Assembly: GCA_016748015.1 (NCBI GenBank)
Contig: JAAOMT010000597.1
Span: forward strand, 571,176-635,175
Source: Geosiphon pyriformis uo1
Lineage: Eukaryota; Fungi; Glomeromycota
Reading direction: 5' to 3'
Length of the DNA stretch: 64,000 bases
The position numbers were made by a program, and so were the translations under genes. Under the pieces are notes generated by a model. It did no database searches and had not been told where the DNA came from. It saw only the letters and a list, made by a program, of their open reading frames with translations. This document shows positions 26,096-40,532 of this stretch, in pieces; within the stretch, counting starts at the first letter, position 1, and every line of letters begins with the position of its first letter.

Positions 26096-29000
26096 CTATA
26101 CCCTTATATGAACAAAAACCAGTCTCTAATACCCAAGAAAAATGAACATGGAGTATGAAATCTGAAACCTACACCAAACGCTTTAGCAATACCCAGCAAT
26201 CTAACCACACTAGCTAAAAATGACGTAGATAGACCAAAAATTGAGGTAGGAATAGAACTATCACATGAGATCAGCTCATTCTTGTCCATAAAAGCCTGGT
26301 GTTTGGTACGGACCAGCCAAATATTTTCCCTGAATGTGAGACAAAACTCACAAATGAAGCCCACAACTTTCGACATTGCAACCTTAGGATTCCTAAAAAC
26401 AGAAACAAATTCACAATACCAGTTATTGAAAACAAAGCCTTTGCACAAAACCAGACCAACAGCAACATTAGTAACACAGATATGTAACAACTGCAAAATG
26501 CACAAAGAAAACTGAGATAAACCTGAACAAGCCTCCCAAACAGATACATAGACATCCAACAACTGAACATGATCTGCAGCATCAAATGGACAACAAAAAA
26601 CATGGTCGAAAACCTCAATGTCACTACAGAATAAATAAATCACACTGAAATAACATCTATTATACAAATGTTTGCATACAGCAACCAAAAGCTGATAATG
26701 GAGGGCCTTCATAAAGTAAGTATGAAGGCCAGTAGTATGCATATTAGTAAAACCAGCAGCCAAATGAGAATTTATGTGCCATACCATAAAGGACTTTGAC
26801 CAATTGATATTAGCATGCAGACTATTTAGCATGACCAAAAAGCCCAATCCAATCTCCCAGTGTGTACAATGAACAGACCAAAAGACATCCCGAACAAAGT
26901 GTTTAGAAATACCAGAAACTGCAGTATCACCAGCTCTTAAAAATTTTTCACTGATTAAATAAAGCATTTGCCAGGCAGAGAGAGTGGCATTCTTAGCAAG
27001 TGCATCAGTGCACACATTGTCCAAGATGTCTGAATGTCCCCTAACTTTAATCCAATTCACACTTAAATTTTTGCGACAAATAATATTAATAATTTGGCAA
27101 CACTCAATTCAACACCAGTTCCTGAAATCTGAACAAATCAAAATAGATTCCGATTTGCACACATCCAGAACAGCCTGGCTGTTTGAGAATAAGTTGACTG
27201 TCTGAAAAAAAAGAACACACTTAAAAGCTAAAACAATGGCCTGCAGTTCTATCAAAGTGGAAAAAACCAGACCAGACACTTTCACATCCAGACCCAAGTT
27301 AATGTCCAGAAAAAAAACTGCAGCACCAGCCTTTATATCAATAGTACCCAAACCATACAGAGATCCATCCGTATATACAGAAAGACAGACCACATCAATA
27401 GTCAACAGATCATTACAAATAACACTAAAACCATAAGACTGATGAATATCAAAAACAGCACCACTATCTATAAACAAAGAGCACCCAGAAAAAAGAACAT
27501 TACCTTCAAGAAAGTGAATAGAGAGACTAAACCAAAATAGAACTGGGCCACAAAAGTCCAGCTTTTTTCAATGTTTGAAGGTTTTCTAATCAAAAATGCC
27601 ACCATTTCAGTCTCGCAGCTGCTCAACAAAAGTGATTCCATAACATTTGAATAACAAGATACACTTGAAAAAATATGGCTCACCAAAAACCATAAACATA
27701 GGGGTACCACTCCAAAAGTAAAAGACACAGGCCAGAGAGTTGTCCAAAGACAAATCACATCCAGAAAAAATATGAACCATACCAGCCAAAAAGTTATTTG
27801 AAAGGTTTACACCAACATAAGCCAGAAATAACAAAGAGTGACGAGGATGCCAACTAAAAACCTGGAAATCATGAGATCTATGAGAGAATAAATAACCCAA
27901 AATACCAACTGAGTTTGCAAAATTAATAACAGATACCAATTTACATTCAGCTTGAATCTGTTCAAAAGTCTTTAAATTGTACAACAAAAGATGATAAAGC
28001 ATATTATTGGGAAAATCAAATGATAATCCCAACTTTGACTTTAGGCCTTTGCATATCAGAGCATCTCATTTATTACACATACTAATAGGAACAAAACTAA
28101 ACTAAGTTCTGTAGCTGCAAACTGTTTATTCGAAATCACCTTCCTTAAAACAAAATTCACAAAAAACTGAACATCTGAATGAGTTTTAGCCAAGTTAGAC
28201 TTGGACAAACCCTCAGTCAACAAGAAGATATCTAGATAACAATGAGATTTCCCCTTCTTTACAATAGAAATAGGCAACCCACTGATAGTGAGATAGAAAT
28301 TTGTAATCTGACAATTGATAAAAACAGCCACTGTTTTGTTATTATTTATGAAAATGTCATTAAACCTGAAAAATTCACTAGCAACATTAAGCATGTATTG
28401 TATAGCAGTCTGGCTGTTACCAACCCATATTGTATCATCGACAAAAGCACTAGCAACAAGAAATGAAGTCAACTCAGCCTGAGAATCCACCCAGCCAGTC
28501 TTAAAAATAAAATGGGAATTTAATCTGTAACCACAAACATTCTTCTGTCTCTTGACCTCACACAAGAGTGAATTGTAGAATATGTGCCAAAGAAGAGGTG
28601 AGAAGACTTCCCCTTGGTCCAACCCATCATAAACATAATACCCATTAGTCAATCCAAAATCTGTTATCACCCTATTGATGTGACTATTGTAAATGTTACC
28701 AAAGAATCTTATAAATCTGTTACACATCTTGATTTTGACTAGACTTCTTTTGAGATATTCCCAACCAACCAAGTCATAAGCTTTACACATGTTTTGTAAA
28801 ACTAGCCAAGTTTCTTGTTCTTTTCTAAGGCATTCTCAACAACAGAACCAATGGCAAAAATAGGAGATTATGTCATTGTGCCTTTTAAAACTGAGAAGTT
28901 GTCCCCACAGAGAACATCAAAAGCACTACAAGACAAAGAGATCCTGTCTGAAAGAACCTTAGAAAAGATTTTGCAGGCTGTCTTAATCAGAGCAATTGGA

Positions 29001-30748
29001 TGGGTATTCATAAGAACACCCTCCCATTTATACGGTTTAGATATCATTGAAACCCAAGCATCTCTCCAAAGTCAAGGAATCAATTCACTAACCAAACAAG
29101 AATTCAAAAGCACCAAAAGCATATTTAAAATTGACTTGTTGCAATGTTTCTATAATTCATTAGAAATACCAGAAAGGCCAGCAGTCTTCCTATTAGGAAA
29201 GTTCTTGACAACAGCAGACATCTTATTAAGACTAATCAAACATATAACACCAGAGAAAACACCATCAAACACATAATCCAGAGACTGAAATTGGCAAATC
29301 CAATTAGCGGAGAGATCAGATACCACTTTATGTTTTCTGGTCCATCCCACCATAATTTCATTCATCTTAGATTTGACCAAATTAGGCTCCAAAATCAACT
29401 CATCTTCCACAATCAAATGATCCAAAACCATCTTATGAAAAGAACGTTCTAACACACTCCTGATAATATGACCCTTGTCTAATTCAAAACTTTTCATCTT
29501 TTTAGCAATAGTCAGCTTGATATAAGACTTCTCAGTGCACTTGGATTCCAACAACTTTGCAGTGTGGTATAATTTTCTTGTCTTGACAAGCACAGAATGA
29601 ATAAGATTAAAATTAGAACCCAAAAGAAAAAGAAACTTTACCGCTGATGTACCAGTGGAATCGAGCTTGTTCTATGTTTCCAGTAATGCAACAAAATCAC
29701 AACAAAAAATTAAATATGAGGCCCTGACCAGCTTGGAAACCAGCAACTCCAGCTTATAAAACCTGGAAAACTCCTTGGTGAAAACACCATTAAAACTCTT
29801 AAACCATTTCTTCTTAAATGCACTATCAACTGAAAGAACTATGATCTTGTGAATAATGTCCCACATAGCATCTAGATCCAAGAACCTCACAGCAAAATCA
29901 AATGCATCTGAAAACACAACAGCATTAGCAGTTATATTATTCTTGAACTCAAACTATTTTGTCTCATTAGCATTTTTGATGTCAAACTTCCAACAATCTC
30001 TATTCACTTGTTTGTAAAAAGAAATCAAATAAGTATTCAAAAGTCTACCCAACTCTAAAGACACAGAAACAGCCTGGTAATCTGTGTCGAAATGTTTACT
30101 AACATCAGAAATATCATGATAAACAACTGCATTGATTAGATTTGGAGAAATAAACACATAGTCAATGGTTTTTTTGACACCCCTAGAATTTGCCCAAGTG
30201 GGCGTTTTAGCAGCCAAGCTTCTGACCAAAGAATAAACCAGCCCCAGATCTAAACATTTTTTGAAACTAGCACACTTATAAGACCCATTTTCATTAAAGT
30301 CACTGCTGAGGATGATAAAAGAAGTCTTATTAACAGCTTTTGCAATGAGAGAGTTGATTTCACTGGCTTGAAAGAACCAAACTACTGAAAAAGTACTAGC
30401 ATAAAGACCCAAAATAGACACAGAAAGTTTATTTTTGAAAAACAATTTGATATATAGTAGCCAATCAAGCACCTCAGAAATTTTATACACATGTCTTACT
30501 AAAAAAGAATCCATGACAATAACCATGCCAGCATTCAAATAACCAGAATCCAAACCAGAAGTAAACACCCAAACACCATCAAACCTGCCAGCAATCTATG
30601 AACAGACCTTACTCTTCAGCTTCAATTTCATAAAAATAGAAATTAAATTACCCATATCCTTATACCAACAAATGATATTATTCTGTTTTGCTGGATTATT
30701 CATTCTTTTAACATTACACATGACAACTTTCCAAACCAAATCCATCAT
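26096..30748 (-). pseudogene. LINE copy 3 ORF2, disrupted
   Basis: SDFN, TIDY, KAYDLVG, GLDQG, AFVDDT, YTDGSL, WIKVRGHS motifs in ORF fragments. Confidence 0.92.
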
Positions 30749-32535
30749 TAAGAAGAACAAAAAACAGGCACCAGACTAGTATTGTTCAATTTGGCTGAAA
30801 AGCTTATAACTGTAACTGAAAGATTTTTTAAAGTTTCTTTCATTTTCAAAACAACCAAAGAATCAAAAACTGTCACCCCCACTACAGTCTTACCACTAGT
30901 GGCCACACCCGAATCCTCACTCATCACTATATCTGCTTCTTGATTCTGTAATTAAGGAGTCACCAATGGCTAACATCCAGAACTAAGCTGAAAAACCATT
31001 GGCCCAGGTGTGTCCAACCTCTTAGCCAGCTTATTAACATGCTCTGTGAGGCTGGTGAGACTGCACTCAAAAGTGGCAAACCTATCATTTATTACCAAAG
31101 ACACCAGCAGGGTAGGCTTCATCTCTGAAGAAGAGCCATTTTTTGAAGAAACACTCTGACCAGAAAGAGGAGGGAAAGAAAACCCACCAACAACACTAGC
31201 CTATAAAGCACTACCAAAAGCAACCAGCCAAGTGACTGGAGCTAAACATTTGGCATAAATGATCACCAGTTTACTTTTATTGGAATCCAAAAGCATCTAA
31301 TGTGACAACCTACCAGAAGGCAATTTTTTACCAAGACCACAGCCCAAAGAAGTATGATCCAACCTCTTACACTTTGCACATATAGCAGAACCAAGATAAG
31401 ACCAATGAAGATGAGCACCTCTTAACATGAGTGTAGTTTTCATGACAGCATCCAATGATTTGGCTAACTCAAAACAAACAACGGCACATCTGGCCCAAGC
31501 ATACATAACTGGATAACAATTAATCACACACGTTTTCCCACTTACAGAACCAATAAAGTTCCAGATGTCATAAGCATTTGTTCTCACAGGTAGAATATAG
31601 AACAATACTCTGTGAAAATTTTTTTTATCTCATGTAACCTTATCCAAATCTGATTTAGCAATGTGCACTACATTCTTTCTAATTAGAATAGACCATCTAT
31701 CTGCCAAAAGATCAGCCTGAGATTGTTTCTCAAACTCAATAATTGCTTTTTGCCACAGCTCTACCAATTGCATTTTGATCGACTTAATTGCACCAAATTT
31801 GGACAGTACAGCATGCACAGCCTCAGCTGATGTTCCAATCAGAATTTCTTTTATTACCACAGTCCAATCTGAATGACTAGTTGATTTTTTGTAATCAGTG
31901 TTCACCATGATTTTTGCATCAGTAATCTTATTGGTAGCTTTTATCAAACCCAATTCAGAAGTAAATGTTGCTCAGATAATCCCAGAAAATTTTGAGGGAG
32001 TAGAGGCCCTTCTAAAACCATTAATTTTTGAAAATAATTTTTTGATTACAACCAACTTATCCTGAGCAGATTTTTCAACCACATTATCCAAGCTAATATC
32101 CAAAGCAAAAGATTTTCTAACAGAAACTGAGACCAAATTTTTCAAGAGAGGAGGAAGTTCCAAGGAGGCATCCAAGAGAACATCATCATCAACATCAAAA
32201 TTTGAGAAGTTTATCTTCCCTAACGGCTTGGCCAAAGCCTTCTTTGTCTTAACACCCAGCCTTTTAGGCATTTGATCATAATTCTTATTAGCGATAGTGC
32301 TACTTTCATTATAGTCAAAGCTAGTTTTTTTCACTAGACATTCCTTTTTCATATCAATACTCTTAGACTCAGTAGTGTTACCAGTTTTAGAACTCCAAGA
32401 ACAACCACTAGGCACCTTAGTTGTAGTCCTTTTACCACCAACACTCTCTTTTAAAGTGACACCCTTTCTCTTTTTCCTTGACAAAACAGGCCTGAAACCA
32501 CCACCAGAACCAAATTTATTAGCAATCTTCTTCAT
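30745..32535 (-). pseudogene. LINE copy 3 ORF1, disrupted
   Basis: KSFALDI, KINGF..TPSKF, VVIKEI..SIKMQL, knuckle CAKCKRLDHTSLGC. Confidence 0.9.
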
Positions 32536-35500
32536 GACAGCAATACTAAGACCAACAGTAACCTTGAAATCAAAAAACGGTTTGGTTTTATTGTACTGAA
32601 TGTTAAAAAAACTTCTTTCAAAAAACTTTTGACTCTTTTTTGGGAATTTAAAACAAAGGAGAGAAAGAAGTTTTTGTTTTTAGTTTATATATTTTTTAAT
32701 ATAATATGCTAATAAAAAACAATATTATATAATTTAAATTTTATAAACATTTTAATTATTATTTTTTTTAAAAGATTACAAAAAAATCTGAAAATAAAAA
32801 AATAATTCATATTAATAATTATACAAATTAAAAAATAAAAAAATATTATTATTGCATTAGATTTTGCTTTAAATAAATTAATTCTCTTATGTTCTAAATT
32901 AATAATCTGTTTGTTGTAAACTCAAAAGCTGTTTCAAGTTATAGTATATCTAAGAAAAAAGTATCTAAAAGACTTTTTATGATTCTGCTGATGGCTTTTT
33001 TTCTTAAAAAAAAGATTTGTTTTTAGTAATGTTAAGCACTCTGATAATAAAAAGAATATTTTCTTAATCAAGTCTGATTCTAGTGATAATATATATTCGA
33101 ATATATAGAGAGTAAATTTAATAATAAAAAAGACAATCATATTATAGTTGATATTGACAATAGATATCTTTTGAATTCAGTTATTAATATTCCTAAAGCC
33201 AATTGAATTATAACTGATGTAATTTGCAGTTTTTCTCTTGGTTTTCTTAATTATAACATAGAAAAAAAAGTTGGATTACTTCTATTTTCTCTTAATATTT
33301 TCTTAAACAAAAAATAAATTGATTTCAAAATTGTAAAGATTTAAGTTAAAGTGGCTATTAAAAAATTCTTTGTTTTAGACATTAATTTTTCAGCTATTGA
33401 AAAAAAATCAGCAAAGACCAAAACTCAAGCCATCAGAAAAATTTTTTTTATAATCAATAATTTTAAGAAAGTTACTACTTTTTTAAAATTTGAAAAAATT
33501 ATTATATCTATATTTACATTAAAAAAAAGCATAAATAAGACTATATTATTGGCTAAAAAAAAATTAAAGTAAACTGCAATCTCAAAAAACAAAAAATGTA
33601 TTTAGTTTGAATAGTAATAATTAAAGAAATTTTTATAAATATTCTAAAAAAATAATTGTTACTACAGTATTTGAATTTGGCAAATTGTGTTAATTTAATT
33701 GCAATTAATTAAACTATGACAGAAAACTATCGTAAAATTTATCAAATCAGCTTAAACAGATTAGTTGACAGCTAAATAGTTATTCTTAATTAGAAGAAAT
33801 TCAGTGTGTATAATAAAGACTATAGAAAATTGTGATGTTTAAATATCTAAAAATCATTTCAGAGCACTTTTATTTATCTTGCCTATAAAAACAACAGTTT
33901 ATAATTTAAATATTTTGTTAAAAAAAACTGGTAAAAAAACTTGTATTATTAATCAATTAATTAAAACAGACAATAAGATTTACTGTATTGTGATTAATTT
34001 TAAGTTATATAAAAATCTGAAAACTGTTTTTTATATAAAACCAATACTTGATAATATAAAATTTTCTTGGATTAAATTAGATCTAGTTTACTGTAAAAAG
34101 TATAAGTATTTTGAATATTTCTCTTTTAAGTATAATTTTTTAGACTTTTTTGCTTTGGTTTTAAAAAAAATTTATAAAAAGTTTGTTTTAGATTAGAATT
34201 ATCTTCAACTTATTTACTTATATACCAAAAAAAATGTGTTTATTTCCCAATTTACTGTTTTTAGTGGCAGATTTTAAATGCAAATAGTTTTTCTAATAGT
34301 TATTCTTATTAGCATTTGTTCTGTTTTTGTTTTTGAGCTTTTTCTTTTTGATGTTCTATCTTCTGGCAAAATTCTTTGGTTTTTAAGACATATTTGCAAT
34401 TGGTAATTAATTAGCTTTTTTAAAATATTTTTTAAAGTTGTTAATTAATAAAATATCAAGTATTATATACAAATTGAATAATTTAGACTTAGTATCTCTT
34501 ATTTTTGCTTTTGTATTTTTTGTGTTAATTGATTTATTAATTTCAAGTTTGAATTTAAATTCCAATATAGTTTTAAATAATTTACTAATATTATTTTTCT
34601 TTCTTTTAATAGATATAAAAAAAAGTATTGAGTTTAAACATAAACAGTTTTAAGATCTTAATTATCAAACTAGAGTTTAAAATTCAAGTTGATTATTCTT
34701 TAAGTATCTATAATATCTGTTTTAGTAAGATTATATTAGTTATATATTAATTTAAGTTTTTTCATGTTTTTTGTATTCAAATAAACAAATTGTTTTAGAA
34801 AATTGCTACAATTAATATTAGAGACATAAACAATTAGACTAAGCAAAATAATATTGTTTATTGGCATAAAAAGTTTGGCAACATAATTTTTATTATTACT
34901 ATAACTAAGTTAAAGTCTAATATTAGGTTATAAATTAAAAATAAATTTGATAATATTTAAATTTTTATATTAAATATAAATCAAAGTTTTTTTGATGCTG
35001 ATATAATTATTATTATGAGTATTTTATTGGTTTAACATATGTTAAAAATAGAAAAAGTTCATAGTAAAATTATTTTAGTTCATTTATTGTTTAAGAACAA
35101 GTTTTTAGTCATGATTTTGAGTTTGTATACTGGTTTATTTGTTGGTATATGGTTTAATCAAGCTTTTAACATCAACTTTGTTATTTCTAAAACAATTAAT
35201 TCTAGTTTTTTTATAATTTTAAGTGATAATTTCAGTGAAAATAGTTTTAAAAAAGTGCAAGTTTCAAAAAGTACTCGAATATAAGTCTGGTTAATTTATT
35301 TAATAAATATTTTTTGATTAAAATTTCTATTTAAAACAATTTTAAAGAAGCTTAAAAAGTTATTAATTATATTTTTATTGGCAAAAATTTGTTATTAGCA
35401 ATTACAAATTATAGAGTTGGTTTTATATCTGACTTTTTTAATACTAATTATAAAACAATTATGATTTTAGTTGAACTGAAGAGTTTATTAAATGCTTATT

Positions 35501-37376
35501 TAAATAGTATTTGCAAGCAAATAAATAGAGATTGTTAAAAATTCAAGATTAAAAGTACTAATAGTGTCAAGTAAAATAATTTTTGTAACTTTTCTTCAAC
35601 TAAGTTTTTTTTAATAATGAATAAGTTTAATAAGATAAATAAAAAAAGTAATTTAGATATAATATAAAAATTTCTAAGAGATATAATAATAAAATTAGCT
35701 GACAAGATATTTTTTAAATATTAATATAGTAAAACCAAATGTTTTTTTAATAAACAATTATCAAAATTTCTCAAATTGAAATTGTTGGTCACCAAAATAA
35801 TAAATTTTTTTAAGTCTAATAATGTATTTGGAGCCAATTTTTTACTTTATATTTGATTAGTTTTTGATAAAAAAAGAGCTTCTAAAATGCAAATTATGAT
35901 TTAAAATAGTGTTAAATTAATAAATATTTTCAACTGTTTGTTTAAAATTAGAAAAAGTTATTATAAGTTCAAAATATTTAAGTTTAAAACTGTTAAAATA
36001 ACTGTTATTTGGTGTACAATTTGAAAAAAAATGAAAAATTTTTGTTTAGATAGAAGCTATATAATTAAGAATATATTAGAAAACTTTTTTACAAAATAGT
36101 ATTAAATTATTTGATAGTTAATAAAAAACTGATTTTGGAATTTAATAAAGCTAAATTTAATATTAACACTATTATAAAAAATTAAACCAAAAAGTATACA
36201 GTTTTTAGATTACTATTAAAGCTTTAAATTAATTAATATGTTTTTTTTGAATTATATAAATAATAGTGCTTTTTTAAATATTATAAACATTATTAATTTT
36301 AAGAAATTAATTTAGATAATAAAAAATTTGCTAAATAAAAAGGCTATTGGTTTAAGTAACATCTTAAATGAATTATAGAAGCATTGTAATAAGAGTATTA
36401 TTAGGTATTTTCTGGTCTTTTAAACTTATATTTGTTTCTAAATATAGTGCCAACTTTGTAAAAAAGAGTGTGAGTTTTAATAATATCTAAATTTTATGAT
36501 TAAGATAAAATTTTTATAAATATTAAGTTTATTGCTTTGATTAAAATGGCAAAGAAGATTTTTTTTAAAATTTTTTTGGACTGAATTTTATCTGTATATA
36601 TTAAATTTAATATTTTTTGTAAGAACAATTTTTTTGTTTTGAAAAATACTTTAATGCAATCTTCTGTTTTTACTGTTAAATCAGTAATTAAAAATGCTCT
36701 AAAAAAGAATAAAAAATTTTATTTGATGTTGTAAAACATGTGCAAAGCTTATAATTTTTTTAGTTAATCTTATTTAAAGACTAATTTATAATATATTAAG
36801 ATGTATAAAAAGTTTATTGATTTCTTTGGTAATATTCATAAAAACAGAGTAAATAAAATTATGACTGATTTTAGTTTTATAAACAAATATCAGATACATA
36901 ATAGATTGGATTAAAGTAATGTGTTTTTTTTTTTTTTTGAAAAATTTTTTATTATTCTCTTTTGTATAAGATTAAAAGACATAAGTATTTGTGTAAATAC
37001 CAAATTTGTGATTAAAACAGACAGAATAGAAATTAAGGAAGAGGAAACTTTTTTTTGCAGTTAATGTTTTTGTTAATAATACTATCTAGATTGAAAATAG
37101 TTAAGCTTTTACACAATATATATTTAATATTGTTAGTAAGTTTTTTTATTTAATAATATCTCAATTAATAATAAAAAAAGTAATTATTTTTATTAATTAA
37201 GATATTAAAACAATACTGCTAAGAATTAATAACATACCAATTTTAATTGTCAAAAAAAATAAATTACATAGATATTTAAAAAAATTTTTGTTAATTGAAA
37301 ATTTATCTAAGCTAAATTTGGTTAATATCTACTTTAATATTCAATTTTTTGTTAACATTATGCTTAGAAAAACTAT

Positions 37377-38233
37377 TGTTATAGATAATTATTTGGGGTA
37401 TGAAAACAAATAACAAATCTGTAATTTGGTGCTTAATAGTTAATAGTATTGGTAATTTCTAAAGATTTTTATATCTGAAGATTTTGGTGTCTAAAAGTTT
37501 TAGTTGAGTCCTTTGTATAATAGACAAAAATTCAATAGTAATATCCTTTTGTAATGTTTCTAGTTTTTTTTCAAATTTTTGAGTTAATATGCTTTAGTAT
37601 CTATAGCCTCCGAAAAGATTCTTTTGTCAATTTTTTTTCAGCTTGATGGCCAGTTTCTCCTGATAAGCTATCCTTAATTCTGAGTGTTTATTCTTATTTT
37701 TGGATCTTTTACCAGTGCTATTTTTAATGTTAATACTCTACATATTAATTCTTTAATCAATTAGTAAACAACAAAATAAAATAAAATAAAAAAAATAAAT
37801 GAAAAAAATAAGAAATTAATATCTCATCAATAGCTATAATTAAGAGCTATTGGTTCAATATAGTTAAGTGTTAAATTATATTAATATAGTGTGTTAATAG
37901 TGGCGAAAATAATTAATATTTTTAATCAAATAATAATAACATAGATTTGATGATAATGGATAATTTTATTAATAAGAAAATGATTTTATTTTAAGTTATA
38001 GAAAACTATTTTTTGAAGAAAAGGTATTGTTCTAAATAAATAAAACTCTATTAAATTCTCCAGGAATTACTTTTTCTGCTTTTAATACTCTCACTATATA
38101 TATAATTTATGTTATATAAAATTCCTGGAATCTTGCAATTTTTTTAGAAAAATTCTAAAATTTCTCTGTTACTATGTTTATTTCTAATTGATTATTTTTC
38201 TAACTATAATATTTCTAATTTCTATAAGTAACA
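37377..38233 (-). mobile_element. Solo LTR (family A) in LINE copy 4 ORF2
   Basis: TGTTAT...GTAACA; 4-bp TSD CTAT at 37373-37376 and 38234-38237; the empty site reads LRKTIINKQF. Confidence 0.93.
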
Positions 38234-39174
38234 CTATTATAAATAAGCAGTTTTTTTATTTAGTATTAGTTATTTTATAATCTATAATTAAGTATAAGTC
38301 TTAGTTTAGTTTTGTGTTATCAAGTATGTATTATAAATAAAATATTATAATTAGAAAAAGTCTTAAGTCTAAAGCTAATTTACTACATAACTTTTTTAGT
38401 AAGGCATTGTACTTTTTTTTTTATATGATTTAAAATTGTTTGAGCAAATACAAACCAAAAACAAATTGGTTTTAGTAATATTTTTGCTAATTTTTTAGGA
38501 TTTTTGGGTATTTGTTTGATTACAGACATTTGAATTTGCAGATTCTAAGCTAAATTTCTTTGAATTTGTTATAATGCCTTATTAAGTTACATGTTAGTTC
38601 TGTTAACAATTTTTTGGTTAGAATAATAAGGGTTTTTTTAGTCAATAATTTGTCTCTAAATAACAATTTGTTTAGTGCATTTCACAGTTTTAGAAAATTT
38701 TTAATGTCAAATATTTTGGATAATTCTTTGTACTATAATTTAGCTTATTTTTTGAAAAGATTTAGAGTGGTATTTAATAATAGACTCTTAAACAAAAAAG
38801 ACAATATAATAGATTAAAAAACATTTTGTTGCTAGAAAAAACTGAATTTTAGGAGTTTTGTATTATTATGGTTCAAATTGGTTTTAAAGTTTTTGCATAA
38901 TAGTTATTTTTTAATAATTAGTTCTAATTATATCAATTGAGTTTTTAAAATTTAGGAGGTTTTTTAATGTTTGTAAATATTTACATAAAGTTTGATCAAG
39001 TATTATTAAAATATACACAAATAGATTATTAAAAAATATGAGTTTTGTCAAAATAGCTTATAGAAGTGCTGTGTATTTTCTGACAGTAAACATAAAAGTT
39101 GGTGTTAAAGTACACAATTTTTTGTTATTTATAATAGTTAAATTGCAGGCTGTTGCTTTGTCTTTGGAGTGTAT

Positions 39175-40089
39175 TATTATAGATAATTATTTAGAGTGTT
39201 AAAACAAATAACAAATCTGTAACTTGGTGCTCAATAGTTGGTGATATTGATAATTTCTGAAGATTTTGGTTGAGTTTTTTGTATAATAGACAGAAATTCA
39301 ATTGATAATTTCTTCTGTGAATTTTTTTTTCAATGTAATAGCCAGTTTATTTTGGCAGTTGAATTTTTCTGATAAGCTATCTTTAAATTTTTATCTTTAT
39401 TCTTAAGTCTTTTACCAGACTATTTTTGATATCAATTACTCAGTGCTTAATTTTTTTAATCAATTAGTAAACAACAAAAAAATAAAACAAAAGAAAATAA
39501 AAAAAATAAAAAAAATAAAAAAAGGAAAGAAAAATTAGTATCTTATTAATAGTTATAGTCAAGAACTATTGGTCTAGTGTAATTAAGTCATAAATTCTAT
39601 CAACATTTTATGTTGATAGTATGGAATTGATTAATATTTCTTAATTAAGTAATAGTAACATGAATTCTGATAATAATTGAAATTTTATTAAATTATGTTT
39701 TAATTTCATTTTAAGTTGTAAAAAACTACTTTTTGAAAAGAGAAGTATTAAATAATTAATAATTTTAACTGATTTGTTTTGATCAATTCTGTTTTTTTTG
39801 TTTCTAATATTTTTATTATATATACATATTTCTTTTTATATAAGATTTCACATTTTTTTGAGCAATGTACTCTATTTTCTTTAACAATATATTTATTGTT
39901 AAGCAATATGTCATAATTTTTTGACAATGTGCTTATTGCTAAACAGTGTATTATAATTTACTAATAATATGTATATTGTTAAACAATATGTCATAATTTT
40001 CTAATATTGTGCTCACTTGCTAAGTTTTATTCTCCTATTGTTCTATTTTTTTATTTGTTTTTCTTTTTGTACTATTTCTATAAGTAATA
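39175..40089 (-). mobile_element. Solo LTR (family A, variant U3) in LINE copy 4 RNase H
   Basis: TATTAT...GTAATA termini; TSD GTAT/GTGT at 39171-39174 and 40090-40093; the empty site restores LECV..YLNSQ. Confidence 0.88.
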
Positions 40090-40532
40090 GTGTTTTGTTT
40101 TCTTGTATAATAGTTTTGTATTTGAACAGCCAGACTGTAATTAATATATATGCATCTAAAATTAGGTTTATTATATCAGATTTTTGCAATTAATATTAAT
40201 TAAAAAGAAAACATATTGCTAATTTAATAAAGAACAAGAATTTTTTGATTAATTAGATTAAAATTAAGAGCTATTTAAGTGTCTTAGACAATATTAAGAT
40301 AGATTAAATGACAAATAAGACTGTATACTCTCCTTTTTTTCTGCTGAATTAGATTTATAAATAGTTTATTGTAATTAAAAACATGGTTGTTTTTGGCAAT
40401 ATTCATTATTTTATCTGTAATTTGTATAAATTTATAAATTATATTTAATAAAAAAATGATTCTGGCCAAAATGTAATACCAGGTAAGTTGATTTAGAAAG
40501 TAGATTAACTGTCTATTATAAAAGTATGATAT

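Larger units (their letters stand above)
25932..32672 (-). mobile_element. LINE copy 3, full-length, diverged subfamily
   Basis: ORF1 ATG 32535, ORF2 ATG 30748, conserved 3' UTR, poly(A) then (TAA)n at 25932-25955; 5' end resembles that of copy 2. Confidence 0.93.
32916..40532 (+). mobile_element. LINE copy 4, extremely decayed, head-to-head with copy 3, hit by three LTR insertions; 3' end missing
   Basis: AT-shifted homologue of copy 2 from the ORF1 start (NSKAVSS..) through the ORF2 RNase H; ORF1 about 32916-34784, ORF2 from 34781. Confidence 0.88.
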
